Source of the DNA: Raillietiella orientalis
Lineage: Eukaryota
Direction of reading: 5' to 3'
Assembly: GCA_036172245.1 (NCBI GenBank)
Contig: JAYWIR010000011.1
Span: forward strand, 4,030,001-4,094,000
DNA: 64,000 nucleotides
Part shown: piece after piece, positions 1-12,999 of the stretch
How the letters are laid out: each line of letters opens with the position of its first letter
How positions within the stretch are numbered: position 1 is the stretch's first letter
Position numbers and translations under genes: made by a program
Notes under the pieces: model-generated
Told to the model about the DNA's origin: nothing
Databases searched by the model: none
Seen by the model: only the letters and a program-made list of their open reading frames with translations

Positions 1-1
1 T

Positions 2-2442
2 ATCTGGACATATGTGCTGAATGGAAATCTGAACTTGAGTCTTACCATGACTTTCATCACTACCGTTTTGGCATTTGGTGAGTATATTTGTGAACTTGTG
101 TTATGCTTGTAGGAGCATTCTGCAGGTATTGTGATGATTTTCAACAGTGTTGTGTGTTTGTGTCTTGAAAGTGCTTTTGTCATCATGTGCTTGCACTTTG
201 TAAATTATGCCCGAGTTGTACTTAGGAATTCAAGTAATCCCGTGATGGTTTTGGTTTTGGAGAAATGCAGAAAGTGTGTCATTGCAGAATGTTTAACCTG
301 TTTTGTGTGTGGATTTCCACGGGCTGCATGCATTACATGCTGTGAAAGATTGGAAGATTGGTTTTGTATAAATGACAGTTGAGCACGGTGTTTTGTTTTT
401 TGCTCTAGAAAACTAGATTCTTTGCGTATTGAGTATTACACAGACGATTGAGTGCTGCTGCATTCCTCCACCAGCCTTGCAGTTGGAGGAGCAGAGGCCC
501 TGCATTCTGTTTGAAGCAACTGCAATTGTTGTTGACATTTTTCTCAAGTATGTAGAGATTGTGTAGGTAACTGTGAGCTGGTGTGTTTGCTGTGTCCTGG
601 ATGTATAAGAGAACCATGTAGTTTCCTTTGGATTAGTGGCTTTTGTTGCTTCTGTGTTTCATTTCCTAGTTGTTGTGGTTTTTTTCGTGTGAACACATTG
701 CAAGCAGTTACAAATTGCAATTGCGACGTCTCTTGGGGGTTCTTAGATCCAGCTTCTTCCTCAGGGTTGCAGCCTCAAGGGTTGTGATTCGACAGTTTGT
801 TGTTCCTTCTGAAATGTTCAAAAGACAGCAGCAAGGACAAAGTTTACCTGCAAACAATAGAGTGTGTGCCCAGATAGCACGACATGGCCACATGTTTGGA
901 GGCATTAGTGCTCATGGGGCATTGTTTCTGGTGCCGGATCTCTCTTTTTCTTCTCCAGTAAGAAGTCAACGTACATGTGTGCAAAGTACAGGCAGGTGAT
1001 TTTGTTTCTGTCAACAGAAGGGCATTTGGAAAGTTGTTGTGTTTGTTCCCCTGTGTGGAAAGCTGCCTCTTCCTATGATCCTGTTTTATGCTGTGGAATG
1101 CTTGTCGCGCACTTTTATTAGCTTTCATTGTTTCGATGGGTTGCGAACTCGAGCGTTTGCTTTGCTTGGATTCCGACTGCCCTTCAACACATCCGATGAT
1201 TGCAGTTGACGGGGGATTTTTGAAATTTGAAGCTCATTGATTAATGGGTGTTTGGTGCTTTCTTCAGTGGCTATGCTTCCCATCTCTGCAGCATTTGGTT
1301 CAGTGTTGTTGCCACCGAAAGATGCCGGATCATCACCTTAAAGGGCCTTACGGGTTTTGGTTTTGAGTTTTTCTTTGGATTTGTGTCCTGAAAGGACTAA
1401 GGGAATGGAGGAAAACAAGAATAAAGGAGCAGGCACGCGAACACCTGTGAATTCGATTGAGGATGCCGAAAATCGCTAACCCTTGATTTTGTGCATGTCC
1501 AAACTGGTTAACTGGTACTGGAATGCTAGCTGTTGCCAAGTGCTTTTGTTAGCTGGCAAATCGTGGAGCGGTTATTGATTCGTTAATTGAAGCAGAGTTG
1601 ACATGTAGGGACCGGTATTTAGGGGGTTTCTTCAAAGAAATGTTATCACTACTGTATTCTTAAATGCATAATTACTTTTTTGAATGCTCCCTGAAGGTAT
1701 GCTTTGCTTGGTTGCATTTCAGGACTAATGCCTGCTTGGTTGTTCACTCTTGGTGATGTTTTATTCAATGAGGCCAACTTACATGTACCGTACATGCAGA
1801 TAGCCACTGGAATATTCTCCTTGGTGATTCCGTTGGGCATTGGTTATCTGATACAGCTGAAACTTCCCAAAATCAGCAAGTTTATGGTGAAACTGCTCCG
1901 TCCTTTGTCTGTTTGCCTGCTTGTCTACATTGTGTTGTTTGCAATCATCACAAATTATAGTTTGTTTCAGCTATTTTCATGGCAGGTGAGTACCTAAGTG
2001 ATTTAGCATGTGTTCAAGAAAAAAACAAACAAAAACAGATTATACTCAGTGGTTTGAGTTTACCTTGGTTAGGTTTTTTATTGGGTTACGTAGTTACAAG
2101 ATGTGCAAGATTAGCAACTGAAGATGTTATTGCAATATCTATAGAGACAGGAGTCCAGAACACCGGTATCAGCATTCTCTTGCTTCGTGTGTCATTGGAG
2201 CAACCTGATGCTGATATTGCTACAGGTGATTTATGGTGCTGAATTATGAAGTGTTAAGTGATTTTGTTTTAGTTGTGCCCATTGCAGTTGATATTATGAC
2301 TTTCATTCCTCTAGTGTTTTGGTGGGTTCTAAAGAAATCTTGCCATTGTCGAAAAGAGGAAAGTTTGGAGAAATTCGATTTTTCTTATACTAACGAAGTT
2401 GCAATGGAAAAGTATAGTTCTGATAACCAGCAAAGTACTTAG
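2..2442 (+). CDS. SLC10-family sodium/bile-acid cotransporter-like gene, 3' part. Exons 2-77 (5'-incomplete), 1723-1985, 2039-2225, 2273-2442
   Basis: Spliced translation IWTYVLNGNLNLSLTMTFITTVLAFG-LMPAWLFTLG...VIAISIETGVQNTGISILLLRVSLEQPDADIAT-VVPIAV matches SLC10 motifs (GxLNLSxxMT; IETGxQN). GT-AG introns keep the frame. Stop TAG 2440-2442. Confidence 0.9.
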
Positions 2443-5400
2443 AGCATGCTTTTTGTGTTGTCAAATTTTCAGTGTAGACAAAGGACAGTCCTATTCATCC
2501 CTAGGACTTTGTTCTATTGTAGTGCTTCTTATGCTTAATTGCAAGCGGTTTTTGCTTTTTGGAATGTTTTTTCACCTGCATGATTACCGTATTTTCATCC
2601 CTAATGTGAGTAGTTGGTCAAAATGATTTATTGTGTGCACTATGAGTTACAGTGTACTTTAACAAAAGTGTTTTTGTTTTTTTCCTCCCCTTCTGTTTCT
2701 TTTTCTTCAAAAATTTAAATTATTTTTGAGTTATTAACTTTGTATACTTTTTTATTTTGTTAACATTGCAGTATTTTCGTATTAAATGCTTTAATTTGGT
2801 TTTGAAGCTTTATTATAATTATTTTCCTTTTGAACAGTGAAAGATTCAGGTTATTGCCTGCAATATATTAAATATGTTTGCATGATAAAAGGTGGTTGCC
2901 CTATGTCTTTTTCAGTAGATAGTAGTGATGGATAGGTCGGTATAATCTTAATCCTGTGCACAGGAAAGACCATTTAGAGTAATGTTTGAACCCCAGACAG
3001 TGGAGGTAGGTATTTAGAAATATTGGTTCGTGTGGCATATGTGAAGTATTAGTCTTTGGAGCTTGCTTATTGTTGATAAAGCTTTGCACCTATGTTATAA
3101 AGCTTCAGCAGCAGTATTTATGTTCTTTGCAGCAAAGTACCTGTATTGTATGGCAATTTAGAAGTGATACTAGGTGTACTGGATCACAGAATGAAGGCAA
3201 CAGGCAGGTTCAAGCATTGAGATCTGATAAAAGAATTCAATGCTCGAAACAGTGAAATTTTCGAATCCGCTTTTCGCTATGTTGGGAATGATTATCCAAA
3301 GCACAAGTGAAGCATATGCAAGTTTCTAGAAGTATGCAAATTAGACAGGTGATGAGATTTTAGACTTCTTTTTGCCAGAGGTGCATCTGCAGTTCCTCTG
3401 CTTTATGTAATTGACATGGAGTAACAGAAACATATCATGTATACTTTGTTGTTAGTTAAATGAAGCATTGATGAGAAGGTAAAAGCAGATTGGAGGAGAT
3501 GAGCGCAATAATTTCTGGAATGCATGTAGCCGGTTTCAGGGGTCTATGGTCTAAAAAAACAAGAAGACCTGCAAACAAGAAAATGAACTGGCATGATTTT
3601 CTTATTTAAAGCTTCACTACACAAATTCAACTCTGTACCTTAATTCCATAACAGAAGCATTCAGACTCTCAAAATAAGAAAAATGAATGATGTTGACCTT
3701 TATAGGAAATCAAGGAAAAAACGGAAACGGAAGGCTTTCATCTTTCGTTTTTTAATGAGCATTATGGACGGTGTTTCCTTCTTTGGGAGGTTTGTAATGA
3801 GTAAGCTGATTTGCATTATGCTCTTGCATTTGAGCTACACTTTAAGTACTTCTAGACTTGAGCAAAAATATTTTTATTTTGCTTTGTGTATCACAACTGA
3901 TGGGGAAAAAATAACTATTTCCTTAGGAAGCTTTGTTTGCTTCCCTAGAGCAAAATAAACATTGAGAAAATTACTGATCATTTTTCCTCTGTACCACATG
4001 AAATTTGAAATCATTCCTTAAGTATGGATTCTAATGTATCTAGCTGGAACATTTGCATCTATTATGGGATTTCAAACACAGCTCGAATATTATATGCGTA
4101 TCGAAGTATGATTCTGAGTTTTCACATGAAAATTAAATTCATTTTTACTTGATTAACTCCATTGCATAAATTCTTGGGAGTGCCCACTTATTATCTTGAA
4201 TGGGGTTGTTAAGATCTCAGTTCTTTTAGATACACTATAGTATCCCTACAGATATTGGTTATGTGTTCATTTAGGACATGGTTAGATTTGTATTTCAAGA
4301 CTATTGGTTTCTTACATGGGGCAAACAAATAGGGTTTCTGTACGTTAATTTAATTGGGAAACTGATTTTGAATATTTTTTAAAATATTGGCTCACATATC
4401 TTTGTTGGCTGCTTCATAAGTCTCTGTTTTATGTGAACGGAGAGTTGCAACTTTAGTTTTCTAGGAACGTAACTTAATTGAAAATACAGAAAGCAACCTA
4501 CCAACATGGACAAAGGGACATAACAGATGAGGTTAAGAATAGTTGCTTCTTCAGAACACTTATGTTAATATCACATCACTAGGATTTAACAAGTCACCTA
4601 TATGTAAAATATTCCACTGACCATAGGGTATGACCTTTTGAAATTGTAGCTTGCAAATGCTCTTCATTGAAATGTTACCATTGAACTTGTGCATATCTGA
4701 AGTCAGTCACCAAGTTTCAAGGCAAGAACTAGACATTGGTCCTTATAAGTGCTTTTTTGTGGAAGTTATCCGGTGCAGCATTAATATTTATTTGTTAAAT
4801 GGTAAATATTTGGAGCAGCAGCGTTGTTATAGACAGAAAGTTGCAGTTGCCTGAGTTGTCAGTCCCGTTGCTGCCGATAGTTCTTAGGAAACGTCTTCAA
4901 AGAATGTGTGCTGAGTGTCTTGTAATTAACGATCCCAGGAATCTAAGAAGTGTAATTTTAAAATGGTAAACGATGGAAATTTTAAAAAATGTGAGGGCAA
5001 GGGTGAGTTTTGAGAGAGTTCAGCAGTGAATCGATATCTGCGTGTCTGAAACTAATCGAGGAGCGTTGGCGTCAACTCAGTATATTCCATTTCACCTTCC
5101 GTCAAACTAAAAATGGCGATGCCAGAAAAATAAGTAACGAGTGAAAATTTGCCCCCGTACTCGGCTTCCTAGTGGTAGATGCTGATATGTGAACACATCA
5201 CTGCGCCACCGTGCCTATCCTCAGAATTGGTCAACCCCGAGTTGTGGAATTCACGGTGGAAAAGAGTCGTGCAGGTCTCGGAAATGATTTCGGCGTGCAA
5301 TCGTGTCGTGGACGTCTCCTTGTGACTTCGTGTCGTAACGTAGGAAGAGAATTGCCAGCGGTTCCCGAGCCCCGCGGCCGAAGAACAGCTTTGCCGAAAG

Positions 5401-7899
5401 AAAGTGCAAACATTTTCTCTGCCTCATGCAGTCAGTCATGTATTCACCGTGGGCTGGCTCCATGCATTCATAGTTTCAGCGTCCCTTCACCTTACAGAGA
5501 GGCTGTTTCGTACCGGGCCCCTCCCGGTTCCGACTGAGCATCGGGTCAGATACTCATCGGGCGCAATGATCCGAAGGGAAAACCGATTCCGAGGTCGCTG
5601 AAAATTGGACATGGGAGGGGTGAACCGTTCAGTGGCGGTTTGAAATGGAGGACTGAAGTCGCAGTTATTTGCCAACGTATCCGTCATCGATGGAGACGGA
5701 GGTGCCTCGACCCCACGACGTACTCACCTATGTATGGAACGGGAAAACCGGAAGTAAATAAAATCATCACCAGCGAGGGAGGAGAACCTTTGCGTCATTT
5801 ACTGTTGTTGTTGTTGTCGCACGGTTGTGCCCCTATGGAGGCATTGTGGAAAAACGCTCATGAAACCAAGGATTTCATTAAATGAGGGGTAGATGGAAAC
5901 CTTAATACCTGTATACTTTAGGTTAAGGGTTTGTTTTGTTAGTCTTACTCCTACAGGAGCACATGCAGCATACTCGCGGCGGTGTGGAAGCCCTTATGAA
6001 CGTTTTCCCCCGCGTTTGCGTTTATAAAACGAAATGTTCAAATCACGACAAGGTCAAAACGGTGTGCGCGCACCAAAATGCACAGGGAATTTCGGGGGAA
6101 TTGAAGGTTACCAAATTCCTAACGAAGTCACAGTCACGAAACGGGGAGGCGTCCTGATTTGGAAACTGCCCACCACATCCTGTTTGGAAGCCACCCATGA
6201 CATCGATCGATCGTTGAAAGACAAAATGACACGGCGAAAACATAACTGTAGGAGGACGAGTCAGTCCCTGAGAGGTGTAATTCGAGACACTTAAATAGGT
6301 CACGAATGGAAGTTGTGAGATCATCGTCGAAGGCATTGATGGTGAACCACTGTTTGGAGCCATACTTTTCTTTTGCAGAAACAGCAGCGCAAAAAAAAAA
6401 AAACACGTGACCGTACCCAAGTTGGTTATGAGGGCAACCCGACCATCAAGGTCTTGAGGAGCTTGCTCACCAAAGACGAAGATAGATGTTGCTTGCATCC
6501 TTAGATCTGCATTTTGATTGAGGGATAACTCGCATTCGAAAACTTGATTTTCTATACTGCTCGCATTGCATTCTTTTATGAAAGTGACCAGTGCCTTGTG
6601 GGGCGAATTTCGAAGTGACCGTGTTTTTATCGGCTCTTTCGATTTCCTTCCTAGCACGAACTAGAGTCATGGTGAGATAAAGTTGTTTCCATTTTTTTTT
6701 TTTTCTTTTTCTTTTATTATTTCGTTCGTGAGCTCCCTCCCCCCCCCCATCTAGTTCAGGTTAGGTTATCTGGATAGGTCCCCGTTCATTAGACTTGCTT
6801 TCGTTAGCTTTACTTGTGAAGTCTGCATCTGCGAGCACATTTCTTACAGATAGGGTTGTTGGGATCGTTGTGACCTCTAAGGTTTGCCTCGAACCCGGTT
6901 TCCCCTCGGGCCGCAACGCACTTCCGAGCCCTCGAACAGCGAGCGGCCTTTCCTTATCCTCCCTTTTGGGGGGGGCATTTCGTGGATAGTGCTTTGAGAT
7001 CTTCGCTGCCACGGGAAACGAAACCAAACGGGACCACAGCTCGGAACCGTCAAACCAGATTTCAAGACTCTTCCGGTCCGAAAAGAAGGACCCTCGAGAT
7101 TGTCCGTCGGCGGTGATTCGAAAACGCACTGCGTTTCAGTTGTTTTTGTGAATTCCTAGGACGGATGCTCTTTGTGAGAAGATCGTTTTGTACATTTCAG
7201 AGGAAATTCGATTGCATTGAAATTTCAGCCGAGTGCCGAAGCACAAAAAATGCTGCTTTTTTTTGTGTGTGTCTGTTTGTTTCTTACACAGAGTTTCAAA
7301 TGGCTGCTGTGCACAGTATGGGACCTCTAAACCAATTTTTGGAACTGCTGCATTACTTGAAAAGAATGGTAATCGTGCAAAAAAGAAGAACTGTGGCTTG
7401 AAATCGAGGCTGCCACATTGCCAGAAGATTTCTTGACCCAGCCCCAACTGCAGCGACTACAGGAGGGACCCACTCAGGATGCACGCGCGCAACTTTAAAT
7501 CGCAGATGACACTGGCGTTTGCAGGGATCGGTTTTATTTCTTGTGATCTCATCTGTGTACCTTTCCGGAACAAACTAGAGTGAGGCACTCAGCAGACGAA
7601 TAATAGGACCTTAGAAGCATGGGTAATCGTGACACATACCAGTTGGCCAGCCTGAGCGGGTTCAAGATCTCATCTTGTGAAGCAGCGATGCATTGGTGTT
7701 TGCTCGTCTTGAACAAGGGAAGCATTTTCTCCGTACCCGAAAGACATTTTGCTGTTCAAAGATGACGTATTAAAATTCTGCTTCCATGTATCAATGTAGA
7801 GATGCATCGGTGAAGGCATCTATTTGATGTGCACGTGCGCTGCAGTGTTGCAAGTGCATACTTGCGAGGTTGAGGGGTGCACAATTCACCTTGCAAAAT

Positions 7900-8400
7900 T
7901 CGAAATAGCTGGGTCTTCCAGAAAGGAAAACTTCCCAAATTGCATACGCCTGCCAGAATGGAAGCGAATTTCCATTGCGAACGCGAGTAGCCACGTGTAA
8001 TCGAGTTATTATTCTTAACGCGGGACGACTGGGAACCATTCAGTGGGCACGAAGACTCTCGAACACAAGATGGCGACCATTAAGGAAAGTGCAGCCAGAA
8101 GAAGTCTCCTGCCAAAATATCGTTATCATCATTTCGAAGAATCGTAACGGAAATGCAGGCTCTTGGCATGAGGAATAACCGTGTGAATTTTGTGAAAATC
8201 CTGGGTGGGTCGAACACGTGGAAAGCAGTAATCCATCAAGCATCAGAGCATTGTGAAATTACTACGATTAGTTTTTTCAAGCAGCAAGCTGTTGGCTGGA
8301 AGAAGGAGCTCGCATCTTTCTTTGTACACGCAGTTGAAGAATATCTTCATGTGAATTTGCAGCCTTCTATTTATTTAGGGACGGGAGCGAGGGAGGGTTA
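7900..8400 (+). mobile_element. Heavily decayed non-LTR reverse transcriptase remnant
   Basis: Peptide fragments EWKRISIANA, MQALGMRNNRVNFVK and ELASFFVHAVEEYL occur in the same order as RT segments NWRPITIVNAD, LDRMGF and LSPLLFSTYFE of the copy at 45-46 kb. Many stops and frameshifts. Confidence 0.35.
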
Positions 8401-9862
8401 GTAGCTGCGTCGAATGGTAATCTGCTAATACCTGGACCTCCTCATTCCAGTTCAGGAGAATGCCCAGGAGCATGCAATTTAAAAAATGTATATGAGATTT
8501 GTTGTTCAGAGATTCTGGATTGATTTTGTTTCTTTTTTTTCCTGCTGCTGCTTTTATTATCTTGCATTTTTGAAAGGCGGAATTGTTCCTAAATTTTATT
8601 ACTTCTCAAGTTTTGCGTTCGTTTCCGTTTCGAAGACTGCCATTTTTCTTTCTTTCACTGTTTATCTCAGCTATTTTTGAAGGAATTCAAAATTCAACTC
8701 GCGAACCTTCCCGGTTCTCGGTGTAATCCTTCTTCATTTCTTTTAAAGAGATTTCTGCTTCAGCCGTCATTTTCCAAATCAAAGAAAACGATATATCAGA
8801 GGACTCATCCAGTCTGTGACTACTTCGTTTTTTGTTCTTCCTCTTCCTCTTCCATACAATAGTTTCAATTTGTGAAATATTAATAAAAAAAGAAAAAGTC
8901 TGCTAAATCATTTAATGGAAAACCAGTTTGGCGAATCCTTTGTTTGGTGCTTGTTGCCAGAATTTTTTCCTTTTTTTCCTTTTTCTCATTTCAAATTTTT
9001 TTTTCGATACGGAATCGGAAGATTGCACGCACAGATTCATCTTTTCCAAGAAGTGAACTGCTCTCTGCAGAGGAGTCTTCTTCGACGGCGGACGCAAGCA
9101 TCCTGTTTCAGTACCACTGCCCGAGTTTCAGAGTTGGAGTGTGCCGTTTCGTCGTGGAGCCTCTTCTACGCAAGAAGTGCCCGCATATCAAGGCAACGAC
9201 GTCAGCATCTCTGTTACGAGTGAGGCGTTTTTTTAATGAGTTATTGTTCGTTGTTCTGAGAAATACGAGGAAGATCAGACCTTTTTTCGAAACTTCACCA
9301 TCGGCAGACTTTTGCTTTCGGTTCCTTTTGTTTAGAACTTCATGGAATGCGCAGAGAAATTTCACGGCGGTCCTTCGCCGCACACTGATTTTTCCTGTGT
9401 GACTTTTCAGGCCCGGACTGTGCGGCCATCGATTTGGTGCAGCGAATTCCAAGACCTTTCCGTTCCTTTGCCAATCGCCTCCTTCTGTAGAATCAACTTC
9501 ATGAGGCGAAGTTGGATTTTGGATCGTTCCCTGTCGATAATTCGGAGTGGTTGCATTTTTTAACCATCCTCGTCATAATTTACTCGTTGCGGTTTCCCTT
9601 CAGCAAGGTCTTTTCATAAATGACGGTCCGATTCAAGCGACAGATGCCCTGATTTCGGGCTATTGGATCATCACGGGATGCACATGGGGAGCTTTTGATT
9701 AGCACCTAACGAAGCCATACCACACCATTTTGCGTACGCCACACGGTTGCTGCCAGAATCTTTAGTCAAGATCGAGGAAGCATCGATCAAAAAGGCTATC
9801 GGCTTTCGACGATTTTGAGAGCAATTGACAGCGTCCACACATCCGTGGGTTTTAAGAACGGC

Positions 9863-10595
9863 GCGTCGGAGGCCGTGTGGTTACGGTGGGCTCCGCGCGT
9901 GGCACCACCAAGCGTCGTGGGTTCGAATACTACGAAGGAATCGACGCAGTGCGTCGTGGGTTCCGAGTTCACCCCACAAGATGACGCTGGTTGGCCTACA
10001 TTCATCCGGGTGCGGCACTGGTAGCGGTTGAAACCGGATGCTCCCGATGAGTGGCCGGGACAAATGGGAGTCGACTTCCGAGTCCTTCAAGGAATCACGG
10101 AGTGGGAGCTCCCCTCCGGTTGTGAAGGGGCAGACCTCCGCGTCGCCACCACCTCTCCAGAGAGAGCAGAGACGCGAGCCGATCCCTTCGGGGAGGCTAC
10201 GTCCTTCTGAATTTGGGAAGCGTCCCTTCTGGGTTCTCTTCAGAGAAGAAAAAAGTGGAGCGGATCCCTTGCGGGGGATCCCTCCGGAGAAGAAATTCCA
10301 GGATCGGATCCTTTCCGGGTTCCCTTCAGAGAAGAAAGAATGGAACGGACCCCCCGGGGGTCTTCCGAAGAGAATAAGGAAGGAAATTCCCTTCAGAGTT
10401 CCCCTTAGTAGACAACCAGGGTGGAGGTGATCTCCATTTCGAGGGATCCCTCCCCAGGCGTGAGAGGAACGGACTCCGAGTCCTTCCTGGATTCATAGGG
10501 CGGTCTCTTCCCGGGATACCCCCTATCTTGAAGAATTGCCCACCCTCGGGTGGCGTGGAACCGTGTCGAAGAACTGCGAAGACAGAAAAGAACGG
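9863..10595 (+). repeat. Dispersed GC-rich repeat (block G), copy A; possible tRNA-derived SINE
   Basis: Aligns by eye with 44098-44830 (+) and 37120-38010 (-). The run GCGTGAGAGGAACGGACTCCGAGTCCTTCCTGGATTCATAGGG is identical in copy B and close in copy C. All three heads start GCGTCGGAGG and contain GTTCGAATAC. Confidence 0.85.
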
Positions 10596-11243
10596 CAACT
10601 TTCATTTTTGACTCAAGTGCCGCTCAGAGTGCGTCTAAGAATCGAACCAAGAGTTCGTGTCATCTCTGCAGATTCCCAACCCGAGGGAAGGGCGGGATCG
10701 CGGCCCTCAAGTGAAGATGTAAACCGAGCTGTCCCTTGCAATTGTGGCTCACTGAGCGGTAAAAGTGGCACCTGAAAGTTTTCGCTGGACCAATTCCCGA
10801 GAGGGACTGCATGCTTCTTTCAGCACGTGCCGGTTCCACGCGCCGATCCTTCCTGTTGCCCGTCTGTTCCCGAAGTGGTCGAACCTGCACACGCTGGCAA
10901 GATGCACTGGAAGGCTGTTACACACAAGTGGCTAATCGTCGTTGCCCCTCCCTGCATAACCGGACCGAGCCATGTGGTCCGAATTCAATCACAGACAAAG
11001 AAAATACATAATAATAAATAAAGGCCCGCCTTTCCGTTTCGCTTCCAGCTCTACGTATGGAGTGCTGCTACTCCTGGTTTTGTGTGCTTCTTTCAAGCCA
11101 CGCGTGAATCGGACACACACTGTGCAAAAGGTGTGTTGTCATCATATTACATTGCTTTTACGGCAGTGCTATCAGCATACACGTTTAAAAAGTGAAAGAA
11201 CTAACATCACTGGAAAGGAAGAGGAGGGGGAGAGAAGGGGAAA

Positions 11244-11266
11244 AACACACACACACACACACACAC
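11244..11266. repeat. (AC)n microsatellite
   Basis: Directly visible run of about 11 AC units. Confidence 0.9.
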
Positions 11267-12999
11267 AAAAAAAAAAAAACTTCTTACATTCATTAATTGA
11301 AAATTATAGTACATCTCGACTCACGGCAAAGAGAACCATGAAGTATTTCAATTTCCTTTGGAGAATTTGTGATGGAGATTTTTTTTCGTATTCGTCTTCG
11401 TACTTTATCCAGGGTGAGAAAACGAATACACTTGACCTTCCAAGCACATGGCTGTGTAATTTTCTTGTCGAGAAAAATGGCTTCGACGAGAGAACCACAA
11501 AGAGAATGCTTTCAGGAAATGAGGCTGAGGCTCAGAATCACACCAGCCTTAAGAAGTATAAACTATTTCAGATTTTACGACACCTCGGCGTGTTTGTTCC
11601 TAGGGGATTAGCATAATGTGAACACAAATATTCCGCAAACATTTATTGGTGTAATGAGAGAGCTTTCTACGGTGGATCTCCCCGCTATTAACGGACTTCC
11701 CTTTGAGTGATGTCTCGGAAGTGATGGATTCTCAATTGTGTTGTTTATTGGTGAGAAATTGGTGCTCAGTTCGTTTTACGAACAAACGAGGCTGTGGATT
11801 TCGTTGCTAAAGTGTGACATTCCGTGGACGAAATTTTTTTTTTTTTTTTGTTGTTTGTTTCCTTCTCCTCTGGAGAGCCACCTCGTCCGAGTTTCACTAA
11901 GGCACCTGAACTTTGAAGGCGTCATCTTAGGTTTACATGAATCCCCCGTGCAGCCGAGAGGAACACGGTGCAGACACCAGGGATTCCTTCGGAAGGTATT
12001 TGCAATTCAAAGTTCGTAACATGTTGAAGGAATGAGTGATGCGCGTGGGTCTCCTGGAATGGAACGGTTTGGGGAAACCAGAAGGGTGAGCAAAAGGCAT
12101 CGTTTTTTTTTTTTCTTCTTCTTCTTTTCCTTTCTGCAGCAACAGAGTTTAGAAAAAGGATGAAATTACTAGAGAGTGGTGGTGCGTTTTCTGAAGAGGG
12201 ACAAAAAGTTGATATTCGATAACTGACAATGTTTTTCGGGGGGAGAGGGGAGGCGAGGGGGGGGGGCATGAACTTGCCGAAAACACCACTCCTACGGCGA
12301 TGAGGTTCCTACGCAGAACGCTGTTGATAGTTGGTGTTGGCGTTTGTCGGCCGCTGGCTTGAAAGGAAATCGCCCCAAAATGCGTAGGGCCTCCTTTTCC
12401 TAGAAAATGATTCCAGCGCCCCTTTTGCCTTGGTTTTGGCGCGCGCGCGCGCGTGTTTTTATCGGTGTGAATAGGAAATATACTACTGCCGGATGCTGGG
12501 AGGTGCCCTGTTACCAGCCTCTCTTGAAGGGGGAGGGCGCGTTAAATTGCCGCGGGCTGAGCGAGCGTTCGAACGCACGCCGTGAGCATAGAGAAAGCGT
12601 GCGCTTACGAGAAACCAAAGCTCTGGAAACATGATCTGGAAGTTTCTGCCGGCCACCAAGAAAAAAAGGAAAAAAGGAAGAGAGCAAAAAAAAAAAAAAA
12701 AAAGGTGCGGAGGAGAGCAAACCATGCAATGCCACGGACAAGTGCAGAGCGACGTGACGAAGATCCCCATGGCGTCTTAGCTCGTTAAGAATAACCAGAA
12801 TGTTCGGCTCAAACCTTGGCGAAGTCGAGGTTCGGTTCGTCTTCTCTCGAATTCCAGTACCACAATGCACACGCACAACACACGCACAGACACACCAACA
12901 AAAAAAAAAGAAGGAAAAGGGGGGGGGGGGAATGCGGCTCTGCGATCCATAAAGAATAGCTTTCATCGCCACCTTTTCATTAGGAATGGGTAAGATTCC

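Noticed and set aside
6043..6657. 204-aa minus-strand ORF as a gene
   Set aside because: No ATG-led exon structure or recognisable domain, and it runs through a poly-T tract. At most a decayed retroelement ORF1 remnant.
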